Shown: piece after piece, positions 10,743 to 22,094 of the stretch
Layout: every line of letters starts with the position of its first letter
How positions within the stretch are numbered: position 1 is the first letter of the stretch
Assembly (NCBI GenBank): GCA_951406725.2
Contig: OX597818.1
Location: 85,932,001 to 85,996,000, forward strand
Source of the DNA: Octopus vulgaris
Taxonomy: Eukaryota
Reading direction: 5' to 3'
Length of the DNA stretch: 64,000 bases
Position numbers and translations under genes: made by a program
The notes under the pieces: model-generated
Seen by the model: only the letters and a program-made list of their open reading frames with translations
Told to the model about the DNA's origin: nothing
Databases searched by the model: none

Positions 10743-12132
10743 TCATAGGATACTCAGCTTAATCCACTGCTTAATATTCTATCTGGAATGAGACACATTG
10801 CATTGGTAGCCCTCAAGTAAAGAGAAAATAATCTACTCGAGTAAAATGTAATTTAATGAAAGTTTTCACGCTTTCACAGATCATTATACTGTTATCTCTT
10901 CTGGTCTTGTTCTGCCGTTACCATAGTGACTCTCTGTACCCGTCTCACTGACATTAACTGTGTTTCAGTTCCTGCAAAATTGCCTCAAACATGTCGTCTT
11001 TCCTTCTACGGACATGTGACTTCATGGAAATCCGTTTCCTCCCATTTTCGCAATATACACAACTCATTATGCTTCATTATTATTCATGCAGTTCTTACTA
11101 TAATTCTCAGTCTTTTCATAATAGATTTCCCCCATGGGCCGCCAGCAACACTCTTCCTCTTCGCACACAAGATACATAAAAAAATTATAAAAGTTAGTTG
11201 CTGTAGTAGCATTAGAAACTATTTGCTGTTGGTGGTGGGGCGGAGATGATGATTTCACTAACAATAGTGGAGAAATATGACATTTAACGAAACGGAGCAA
11301 CCTTCGCATCGACGTCGCCATATTTAAATATGATATTGAAAGCTGATATTAAAATCTGACTTTAGGAACAATGTATTTTTGTCATGTCTAGAGGCTCATC
11401 ACTTGTATCTTTTCACTTCCCAACTTTCTCTCCTCTGCCATTGTACATGCTTCCACACATGCAGAAATTATGTATGATTGCATTTGCACATTTGTGCATT
11501 CACACATGTATAGGAACATGCATATATTTATGAATCAATTTTATTTTTATATTAGGCAGCTACATAATCTTTGTTGTGTGTTCAAACCCCGGAGAAAGTT
11601 AATTTTTCTGCAGAAAACATTATTTTCAATTTGACAGAGTATCAACAACGAGAAATGAAAATCTTTTTCATTCACGAATCAGATTTGATAAAAATAATAT
11701 AAGTTCTTCCAATGAATTATCTGTTGGAATTTCATTCTATTCCATTTACATGCATTTTTAGGAATCCTTTAACGAAATTAAATTTTTTTCAAACCAATCA
11801 ATTTTTTAAAAAAAGTTTAAATTGCAAAAATGTTTCAAATTAATGACAAAAGTAAAAGCATTTGTAATGATAAAATAAACTGATTTAATCAGATTAAAAC
11901 AATGTGTGACTTAGATATAAAGTTGTTTAGATTTATTTTTAAAACATTCCTGTACAACGAAAGGCGTATCGCAGATAAAAACGCGCAGTGAATGCTACGT
12001 GTTAAAAATAAATGTACACATCTTTATTTTGATTCTCATTACCTCGTGTGCCTATTATGAATGACTAATAAATATCTTGAAAAATTAAGACAACATTATT
12101 GCTTAGTTCCACGTCAGTTATAATCTAGTAAA

Positions 12133-12347
12133 AGGCGGCGAGCTGGCAGAATCGTTAGCACGCCGGGCGAAATGCGTAACCGTTACGTTCGAGTTCAAAT
12201 TCCGCCGAGGTCGACTTTGCCTTTCATCCTTTCGGGGTCGATAAATTAAGTACCAGTTACGTACTGGGGTCGATGTAATGAACTTAATCCATTTGTCGGT
12301 CCTTGTATGTCCCCTCTATGTTTAGCCCCTTGTGGGCAATAAAAAAT
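12133..12347 (+). mobile_element. SINE family B, full length, with 16-bp TSD
   Basis: GGCGGCGAGCTGGCAGAATCGTTAG...GAGTTCAAATTCC...GGTCGACTTTGCCTTTCATCCTTTCGGGGTCGATAAA. TSD GTTATAATCTAGTAAA at 12117-12132 and 12348-12363. Confidence 0.9.
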
Positions 12348-12664
12348 GTTATAATCTAGTAAATCTACAATGAAAGGTGTTACATTGTGAACATTCCATC
12401 TTTCTTTAAACATAATATTCAAGACTAGATAATTCAAGGTCCTTGAAAACTGCTATTACTCAATATCTAAACACTGTGAGCATTTTTTAAAACCTCAACG
12501 TTCTACAAACATAAAAAAATAATGAAAACATTTTATGAACTTCCTCCAGTAAAAGATATATTTTTTTGTTGTAGAAAAATATATATAATTTCAGGGTTTG
12601 AACACACTATAAAGATTATGTAGCTACTTTTTGTAAAAATCCATTCATAGAGGAAAAATGATGG

Positions 12665-12935
12665 CAGCACCCGTAGTCCGAAAGAGACGATTCTGATATC
12701 TCCTGCTGTATGAACTGCACAAATGATTTGCTTATAGCGATCAAACGTATGTGCTGGACATTAGTTAATTTCCTCCATCAAAATGACTTTGCCTGAGCAA
12801 GTACACGGTGTCCCACAAGTCAGGTGTCGAAGTGATTGCAGAGCAATGTAAGATAAATCGCACCACCCGATCCAAGAATTGAAACCGCGATCTCGCAATT
12901 GTGAGTGCAACATCCTAATCACTAAGTCATGCACC
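12665..12935 (-). mobile_element. SINE, family C-related (degenerate)
   Basis: Minus strand head GGGTGCATGACTTAGTGATTAGGATG...GGTTTCAATTC. Confidence 0.6.
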
Positions 12936-13357
12936 CTCCCATTCATAGTTATATGAATGCAAATATACCTATGTGAGTGTATAGAAGTATGAATGCATTC
13001 GTGTAGATTTGTCTATATGTAGAGATGTATAGGAAGGCAGACAGAAACTTGAGGACTTCTGGTTCCAAGAGTTTTTACACAAACGTCTTAGTTATTCTCC
13101 AAGGTGTATCGTTTTACTAATAGACTTGTGACTACTTATTTGAGTGTATATGTATGTGTGTGTACACACGCACACACACATACACACACACATACACACA
13201 CACATACACACACACATACACACACACATGCACACACACACACACATATATATATACACACACAAGCAAGCACACATATGATACAATAATAATTAGGTGA
13301 TTAATTAGTATTACTTCCAGCAGAGTTTTAATAAAATCCGTTCCAATTATCTCAGAT

Positions 13358-13530
13358 CTTTTACTTGTTACAGTTACTGGAGCACCGCTTCGAAGCGTTT
13401 AGTCGACCCAATTGACCTCAATTACTTACTCTTATTTTACCAATGTGCTTTGCAGAACCGCTAAGTCACGGGGACGAAAACAAACCACCAACGGTTGTCA
13501 AGCCGTGCAGGGGAAGCAAATAAATACACA
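13358..13530 (-). mobile_element. SINE family A, 3' half
   Basis: Match to 6550-6750. Confidence 0.7.
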
Positions 13531-13556
13531 CACACAGACGCACACACACACACACA

Positions 13557-13619
<63 letters not shown>

Positions 13620-14739
13620 GAATACATGTTCACATACACAGACACAAACTCATATACGAGGCTCACAGGGCTCACATACATACACGTAGACACATATGCA
13701 CACGCACACACACCACACACGGACGCACACACGCACACAACATACAGTACACACACACACAACATACAGTACACACACACACACACACACACATACATAC
13801 ACATGTACACGCACACACAAAATTATACATTCAAATGTGCTTCGGATCAAATGTCACACTGATATACATACATACGCACATAGATACGTACAAAAATATA
13901 CACACCAACATACATACATACATACATACATACATACATACATACATACATACATACATACATACATACACACATACACACATACATACATACATACATA
14001 CATACATACATACACAAAGAGACATGCACACACACTATCACAAATTGACTCAGACACAAATAGGCACACACATACACTTATACACATTCACTGTTAGGCA
14101 CTCACTCATTCACTCACACACACACATACAGACATATACACTCATGCATAGCCTAATCACTCATACACAAATTTGGTCATACTCTTAATCATACACACAT
14201 ACATGCTCACACACATACATGCTCACACACATACATGCCCACACACATACATGCTCACACACATACATGCTCACACACATACATGCTCACACACATACAT
14301 GCTCACACACATACATGCTCACACACATACATGCTCACACACATAAATTTATGCATAAACTTAGACAACTATATACGGGCACATCGCATACATACTCTTT
14401 CATTTATTTATACATACACACACACACATGCAGTTACACTCGCTCATGCATTATCATACAGCCACACACATTTGTACTCAAACACATACACACACATACA
14501 CACACACACGTACACACACATGGGTACATACACAAATACATCGCTGATACATTATATTATATCGTCGTACCCATTTATACGCAAGTACACACAGACACAC
14601 GCACACACACACACACATATACACAGGGGCACACACAGAGACTCACACGCACACAGATACACTCGCTCATGCATTATCATACCGTAGCACACATTTATAC
14701 GCCAACACATGCGCACAGACGCACACACACAGAGACACA

Positions 14740-14772
<33 letters not shown>
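13525..14772. repeat. CA/TA/CATA microsatellite field including a 16-bp minisatellite (ATACATGCTCACACAC)x~9 at about 14199-14345
   Basis: Directly visible. Confidence 0.9.
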
Positions 14773-14774
<2 letters not shown>

Positions 14775-15359
14775 TCAGAACCCTTTTCCCTGCATTTCAA
14801 TGTTTCATACTTGTTTACAATATTTACACAGCTATCTATAGCCATAACTATTGATATATTAAAGCCTAGTTTCCGGTGAGGAAAAATCAAGCTTCCTATT
14901 TTAGTGCAGTTTACCTATGCAAAAGCAACCTGTATTAATGGCTTCTCTGATAGAGATGTCCATGAATCTTTGTTTATTTTGCTGCATTTTTACTTTTGTT
15001 GGAATTACTTAATGCTCCAGACTTAACTGTGTATATATGCTATATCTGGTGATTAAAATTGTATTTACCATACGTAATTAAAAACTATATGTTCAATACT
15101 GATAACTTAGATGAGACGTATCTTCGAGGAGATTGTATATCCTGTTGATAATCATAGGATAAGCTATCAGAGCGAAGAAGAAGAAAAGAAACCGTAGATT
15201 TACACTAATTTTAGCAACATGTGCTTCTACATTTATGCTTAATATTTTTTCTGATAAGTAGCTTTCTTAAAAACTATTTGAGGATTCTCAGTAGCTTATT
15301 TTGGAAAATGAAACTAAAGTTTCCGTTGATAAAATGAATTCAATATGAAAATATTTCGG

Positions 15360-15800
15360 AAGGCGGTAAGCTAGTAGGATCGTTACCGCGCCCAACATAG
15401 TGCTTGGCGGCATTTCGTCCGTCTTTATGTTCTGAGTACACATGCCGCCGAGGTTGGCTTTGCTTTTCGGTATCGATAAAACAAGTACCAGTTGAGCACT
15501 GGGGTCGATGTAGTCGACTTACCCCCTCCATCAAAATTGCTGGTCTTATACCAAAACCTTGACACCGATATGAAAATATCTAGGAAGACGGTAAGCTGGC
15601 AGAATCGTTACAGCGCTGGGTAAAATGCTTAGCGGCATTTCGCCCGTCTTTACGATCTGAATTCAAATCTTGCCGAGGTCGACTTTGCCTTTCATGCTTT
15701 CGGAGTCCATAAAATAAGTACCAGGTGAGCATTGAGGTCGATGTAATCAACGTGCCCGTTCTCTCAAAATTGCTGGCCTTGTACCAAATTATAAAATCAA
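15360..15800 (+). mobile_element. Two tandem SINE family B copies
   Basis: Heads AAGGCGGTAAGCT (15360) and AAGACGGTAAGCTGGCAGAATCG (about 15585). Flanked by ~115-bp direct repeats. Confidence 0.8.
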
Positions 15801-15954
15801 TATTTTTTCTGATAACTAGTTTTCTTAAAAACTGTTTGAAGATTCTTAGTTCATTTTGGAAAATGATACTATAGTATTCGTAGATAAAATGAAATTAATA
15901 TAAAAATATTTCGACATATTTGATAAAGTACTCTGGTATAAATTATGTGTCCAT

Positions 15955-16570
15955 CTACCTATTCATCCAACTTCTCAAGCACCTCCTCCACAGGGTTCTA
16001 TGAGAACCAACCGCCATTACACTTTCCCGTTGGATTCTCAAGCAAGAGCAACTGACATTATGGATATTATGTAATCGACTCGCTCTTGGTCTACCCCTAA
16101 GTTTCCTGCCGGTTGGTTCGGATTGAAGACACTGTCCGTAGCATCGGAGCTGTAACCTCTCAATGTGTAGAAATACCGGCTCGACTTTGAGAGACTCCCT
16201 GACTTCCAAGCCTTTACCCTGTCGAGTAACGTTACACCAGAGACCCCTATGAGGAACTTCATTTCGACCGCTTGTATTCGCGATCGTCCTCTTTCGGCCA
16301 TTACCTAACATTCATGACCATAAGTGAGTATAAGCACGAAAACCGAAATGAAGATGGCAAACTCTCCTCCTCTGAGGATCTTCCTCTTACGATCGAATGC
16401 TGAATAGGGAGCATTATTGTAATAACACCTGCAATTCTAGCATCCAATTCAGCCTCTTGATTCCACCACTTGTGAATGTGGTCCCAAATTACTCAAACTT
16501 ATCCACTTGCTTCAGTGAAGTTCTACTGATATGCTGAGTGCACTGGAAAGACTTTCTTGAGAGGATGTCT
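15955..16570 (-). mobile_element. RTE-clade LINE, 3' fragment (frameshifted)
   Basis: RSRIQAVEMKFLIGVSGVTLLDRVK, VRESLKVEPVFLHIERLQLR and PTGRKLRGRPR are typical of the RTE ORF C-terminus. Confidence 0.8.
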
Positions 16571-16674
16571 TATTTTATAAGAATTAAAAGAGGAGAGGTT
16601 ACAATACAGACCCCTGCCGAAATCCAACAATAACGTTAAAAAAATTTCGACTTAGTACCATTTATCCGAACACA

Positions 16675-16924
16675 AACAAGAGAATACTTTGCTGATTTCC
16701 TAAATCCAGTTACGATAAAATCTTCTGGTGAGCATGAAGTGCATCTAGGAGCGAAGTTTAACCTCACGGAGGCCAAAGTCATAGAGGCGATTCATACGCT
16801 AAAGTGTGGCGTGTTTGCTGGGAGGGTGAAAAGGTATTCTCAGGTTGACTGTTGGCTTGGGCATCTGGAAAGACACCAAAGCAATGGCGAATCCAGGTGA
16901 AATTCTCAGTTATTTAAAGGAGAC

Positions 16925-16930
<6 letters not shown>
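16675..16930 (+). mobile_element. RTE-clade LINE fragment (pre-RT region), inverted relative to its neighbour
   Basis: EYFADFLNP, EAKVIEAIHTLKCG and AWASGKTPKQW. Confidence 0.6.
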
Positions 16931-16997
<67 letters not shown>

Positions 16998-17009
16998 GTA
17001 TTCTAATTA

Positions 17010-17152
17010 CTTGACTGGTACTTTATTTTATCGATCCCAAAAGGATGAAAAGCAAAGTTGACCTCAGCAGTATTTGAACTCAGAACGTAAACAGTCAGAA
17101 CAAACGCCATAAAGCATTTTCCGGTGACGATTCTACCAGTTCACCGCCTTAA
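17010..17152 (-). mobile_element. SINE family B fragment
   Basis: Match to the family B consensus. Confidence 0.7.
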
Positions 17153-17231
17153 TTACAACCATCACCACCACCACCACCACTACTACTACTACTACTGGTC
17201 GTGGTGGTGGTGATGGTGGTGGTGGTGGTGG

Positions 17232-17281
<50 letters not shown>

Positions 17282-17719
17282 GTGGTGATGATGATGATGA
17301 TGATGATGATGATTCTGAAACAGTAACATTCACCAAACAAAAACTACGAGATAAACTGAAATTAATATCTAATTCCATTTCTATAACAGAGAGAGATCAA
17401 ATATCACCAGTGTGGCATATTTTATGAAACAATATACCACATTGTATCAAAAACATTCCAATATTGCTGCGACAAAATATATATTTCGTGACACATTTAC
17501 AAAGCAAAGCTACTCTATATACACCAAACCACCAAATTTCATTTTCTTCACGATAAAAAGCCACGCACTTCCTCGTCTTAGAAAAATGATTGTCTCAACC
17601 CACACGCCGTAATGAGGCTCTTGTTTAACGTTTCTTTCTATTTTTGTACAGCTCTTCGAAACCTTGCGGCTAATAAAGAAAAGATTATAATTTCATATAC
17701 GCACAACATGTAGGGAAAA

Positions 17720-18312
17720 AATCCTAACATCAGGCTACAAGTAACCTTACATGACAAGAACCTTAAATATCCTAAAATGTAAACGTCGCCCTTTTCAAGC
17801 CTAGCCAGGCTCATGGGCCCGGTTTCCCGGTTTCTGTTGCGTATGTGTTCCCCCCAGCTGGACGGGATGCCAGTCCATTGCAGCATTACTCAAGAAACAG
17901 GAAGAGAGAGTGAGAGAAAGTTGTGGCGAAAGAGTACAACAGGAGTCGCCACCGCCCTCTGCCGGAGCCTCGTAGAGCTTTTTAGCTGTTTTCGCTCAAT
18001 AAACATACACAACGCCCGGTCTGAGAATCGAAAGCGCGATCCTCCGACAGCGAGTCCGCTGCCCTAACCACTGGGCCATTGCGCCTCCACTCTTAAATAT
18101 CATAGCAGTCCCTAATAATAATGTTTTATGTCTATTTCCGCTACCCACCAGTTCAAATCTTTAGGGATAGTTCCTACTGTACCTATAACTACAGGGATAC
18201 ATTTTACCCGCACTTTCCAAAACCTCTGTAACTCTATAACTAGATCCTGGCACTTTGTTAGTTTCTCTATACCTCTCGTATCAACATTTTTGGGGCTGTA
18301 AAGTCAATTATT
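17720..18312 (-). mobile_element. R4/Dong-type LINE 3' end, split by a SINE
   Basis: Homologous to 19092-19385 on both sides of the SINE. Confidence 0.65.
17780..18090 (-). mobile_element. SINE family D, full length (tRNA head, V-domain-like GCAATGGACTGGCATCCCGTCCAG)
   Basis: A and B boxes on the minus strand. CTTAAATATC is repeated on both flanks (about 17762 and 18092) as a likely TSD. Confidence 0.8.
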
Positions 18313-18316
18313 AATA

Positions 18317-18535
18317 AGGCTGCGAGCTGGCAGAGTTGTTAGCACACCGGACAAAATACTTAGCTGTATTTCGTCTGGTTTAACATGCTAAGTTCAAATC
18401 CCGCCGAGGTCGGCTTTGTGTTTCATCCTTTCGAGGTCGATAAATTAAGTACCAGTCGAACATTGGGGTCGATGTAATTGACTTATCCTCTCCCACCAAA
18501 ATTTCAGGCCTTGTGCCTATAGTAGAAAGGATTAT
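18317..18535 (+). mobile_element. SINE family B
   Basis: Full head to tail, ending in (ATT)n. Confidence 0.85.
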
Positions 18536-18564
18536 TATTATTATTAGTAGTAGTAGTAGTAGTG

Positions 18565-18595
<31 letters not shown>

Positions 18596-19091
18596 GAGGA
18601 GGAGGAGGAGTAGTATTACCCATTTTGAATTTAGTTTTGTATTTGATGGTTCTATTTTTGTTCTTCCTTTCATTCTTTTATTCAAATTTTTTCCCGTTTC
18701 TGAAGACTTTTCATGGAGGTCCCAAATATATCACATATCAAAAACAGCGTTAGTGAAAACGAAACTCATTTTTATTCTAGCACAATTGTTTACGTTCCAC
18801 ACAGCAGGAGTCAAACGGTTTTCAACTCGCGCCGAACTATATTGCAAATTACAGCATTTTGTTGCGGTTTGTGTGTGAACTAAAAAAAGTCTATTTACAG
18901 AAATGTTTCGAATTTATATTTGCTTAGTAAAATTCTTGATGTGAACTCGTATGTTGAAACATATTTTGTATCTCCGAAGGTCGTTAAGCAAATAATGAAC
19001 ACACGCACTGATTCTGTTTCACTTCTATTACTGTTATTATAGTTATTATTTCGAATACGCACAACAGATTAAACTATTGGAAAAGAATAAT

Positions 19092-20215
19092 TCCTCACAT
19101 CGGGCTACAACAAGTAACCTTATATGCCAAGAACCCGCCTAAATATTCTAGCTGTCCCCAATAACAGTTTTCTGGAGCTGTACTAAATTAGGTTTTATGC
19201 TTATATCCGCTATCCATCTATTCAAATCTTCAGGGATAGTTTCTAATGCACCTATAACTACAGATATACATTTTACCCACACTTTTCATAGTCTCTATAA
19301 CTCAAGGCTAGGTCCTGGTACTTTGCAATTTTCTCTCTTTTTCTCATATTAACTTTCTCATCATTTGGAAATATAAAGTCAATTATCTCGCACTTTCTAT
19401 TCTCTTTAACTTCTATTAAATCAGGCCTTCTAGCTTTTATTACTCTGTCTGTCTGAATGTTAAAGTCCTACAACAACTTATATTTCTTACTCTCTTGTAC
19501 TTTACCAAGTTCATGTTCATATCATTTATCAGTATGGTTAAATCCTAGCTTTTTACATAACTCCCAGTGGATTACTCTCCCTTGGCTGTCATATTTTTTC
19601 TTGTATTTTTTCTGTGCCAGCGTGCTACATTCACTTACAATACAAGAAACACTTTCGTCTTTTGATTTACATAACCTACATTGGGAATCTACCTATCTTT
19701 GTCTATCTTAGCTTTTATCCAGTTAGTCCTCAATGATTGATCTTGTGCTGCTACTAACAGACTTTCTGTCTCCCTTTTCCGTTTTCCTTTCTGCAGTCAT
19801 AACCATGTCTCACAATTACTATTTTCTGCAGCTATCTTTGGTAATCTACCATGCAAAGCCTTCTTTTGCCAGCCAGATAATTTTTCTTCTTTGCTTAGTT
19901 TTTAACTTCATTTGGCTTTTTGGTTTTCTTATGTCCTACTGTGACTCTAGCAGTTCTTAATAAACTTTCTTCACTATTAACCTACATAGGAGGCTTTAGC
20001 TAACTCCACGCAGTCTTCTACTGATATTAGTCCTCTTCCATCTTCCTTTCTACGTAAGGATAATCTCGCTACTCCTGCCCTTGGGTGAAATCCTCCATTC
20101 ATATTGAATTCCTTTCTAGTTCTGCTAATTCAGATTTTGTCCAATCTACAAAAGCTGCTGAGTATCTAAGTAACGCTACTACCCAAGTATTAATAGCCTT
20201 TACTAGATTAGGACC
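19092..20215 (-). mobile_element. R4/Dong-type LINE with restriction-like endonuclease, 3' fragment
   Basis: Minus translation DFNIQTDRVIKARRPDLIEVKENRKCEIIDF...EKIAKYQDLA shows the PD-(D/E)xK RLE motif. Confidence 0.8.
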
Positions 20216-20299
20216 ATTATTATTATTGTGGTTGTTGTTGTTGTTATGTGTAGCGCATGCTATCTCACTCACTCAAATATTTGGGGTGCAAATATACGA

Positions 20300-20772
20300 A
20301 GCCTGATATACCCATCACGACTACCCATCTGATAAGGGTACACCAGGCCCATGCATCACCACCATATGTGCGCAACATGGTGATTTGAGATCAAGATAAA
20401 CAGTGCATCATATTGCAGGTGGGGGTTCAGTCAGAATTTTCTTCAGGTCAAGTAACCCACCTCATGCAAAAGGTCCCTGAATGAGATTTGTCTATGGACT
20501 ATGAACGAAACACTCATGTTTTCAGGAGTGAATTATTCAAACCCCAAAGGATTCCTCTCAACACATGGTTATGATGCTCCCCCTCTACTTCTGCTCGTGA
20601 TCAGAGATGCACATATCATCAACCACTGAGGGACATGCTGAGCTGGTTATGGTCAAGCAGCTGATAAACAAATCTGTGTTATTGAGAAGAATATTTGCTG
20701 TAGCCCATCTTTTATACCAAATGAAAACATGTATATGATAACACTATCAATCACTTAAGATCAGAGGTCATG
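20300..20772 (-). mobile_element. Unclassified SINE-like element; partial second copy at 21741-21957
   Basis: 20544-20760 is repeated at 21741-21957. The tail region is also found inverted at about 35170-35270. Confidence 0.55.
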
Positions 20773-20849
20773 CTTTTAGTTTACTTTAGAAGCAAATTGC
20801 GCATAATTTTGTTTACAGTTCTTAGTTCAGTGTCAATTTTAAAAGGGTT

Positions 20850-21735
20850 TGTGCAAAAACGAACATTTTCACCAGATTTTAATTTTTTAAATTTTTGTAA
20901 AGGCAAGAAAACTGCTGAGGGTCATAAAGATATATGAAGTTTATGGTGTTGATTGCTTAACAGAACGCACATGTCAGAAATGGTTTTAAAAAATTCCGTT
21001 CTGAAGATTTTTCACTCAAAATGACCAACGTTTTGGTTGACGTTCGAAGTTGATGATGACCGAATCAAAACTATAATTGAATCTGATTGTTATACAACTG
21101 TGCGAGAGATTGTAGAGAGGTTAATTGCATCCCACACAATTGAAAATCACTTAAAATGTCTTGGACCCGTTAAGAAGCTCGATATTTGGGTTTCACATAA
21201 ATTGAAAGAGATTCACTTAACACAACGAATCAATATTTGCGATATGCATCTCAAACGCAATGAAATCGACCTTTTTTTAAACGAATCATCATTGGTGATG
21301 AAAATGGATTGTCTACAATAACATCAACCAAAAATGATCATGTTCCGAGCGTAATGAATCAGCACAAACTACATCGAAAGCTGAATTGCATCAAAAAGGT
21401 CATGCTGTCAATTTGGTGGGATTATAAAGGTGTCGTGTATTTTTAGCAGTTTCCAAGGAACCAAACTATCAATTCAGATGTTTACAGTCAACAACTAATG
21501 AAACTGGAGGAAGCAATCAAAGAAAAACGGCCAGAATTGGCAAATTGTAAAGGAATCGTGTTCCACCACGACAACGCTAGACCACACACGCCTTTGCTGA
21601 CTCGTGAAAATTTATTGAAGCTTAGTTGGGAAGTGGTGTCACATTCACCATATAGCACTGATCTTGCACCATCATTTCGAACTTTGCAAAATTCTTTGAA
21701 TTTACAAAATTCTTTCAATAATGATGAGTTATTCA
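20850..21735 (+). mobile_element. Mariner transposase pseudogene
   Basis: EVDDDRIKTIIE..TTVREI..KKLDIWVSHKL and KEKRPELAN..IVFHHDNARPH..HSPYSTDLAPS. Confidence 0.9.
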
Positions 21736-21960
21736 AATTCCAAAGGATTCCTCTCAACACATAGTTGTGATGCTCCTCCACTACTTCTGCTCGTGATCAG
21801 AGATGCACATATTGTCAGCCACTAAGGGACATGCTCAATTGGTTATGGTCAAACAGATGACAAGCAAATCTGTGGTATTGAGCAGAATATTTGCCCCGTA
21901 GTCCATCTTTTATACCAAGACAAAACACTGCACATGATAACACTTCCAGTCAGTTAAATT

Positions 21961-22092
21961 CTTTTTCTTCTTCTTCTTCTTCTTCTTCTTCTTCTTCTTC
22001 TTCTTCTTCTTCTTCTTCTTCTTCTTCTTCTTCTTCTTCTTCTTCTTCTTCTTCTTCTTCTTCTTCTTCTTCTTCTTCTCCTCCTTCTTCTT
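21961..22092. repeat. (TTC)n microsatellite
   Basis: About 38 perfect units. Confidence 0.95.
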
Positions 22093-22094
22093 AT

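Noticed and set aside
14199-14345. CRISPR-like regular repeat
   Set aside because: Head-to-tail 16-bp minisatellite with no spacers, in a eukaryotic context with no cas genes.
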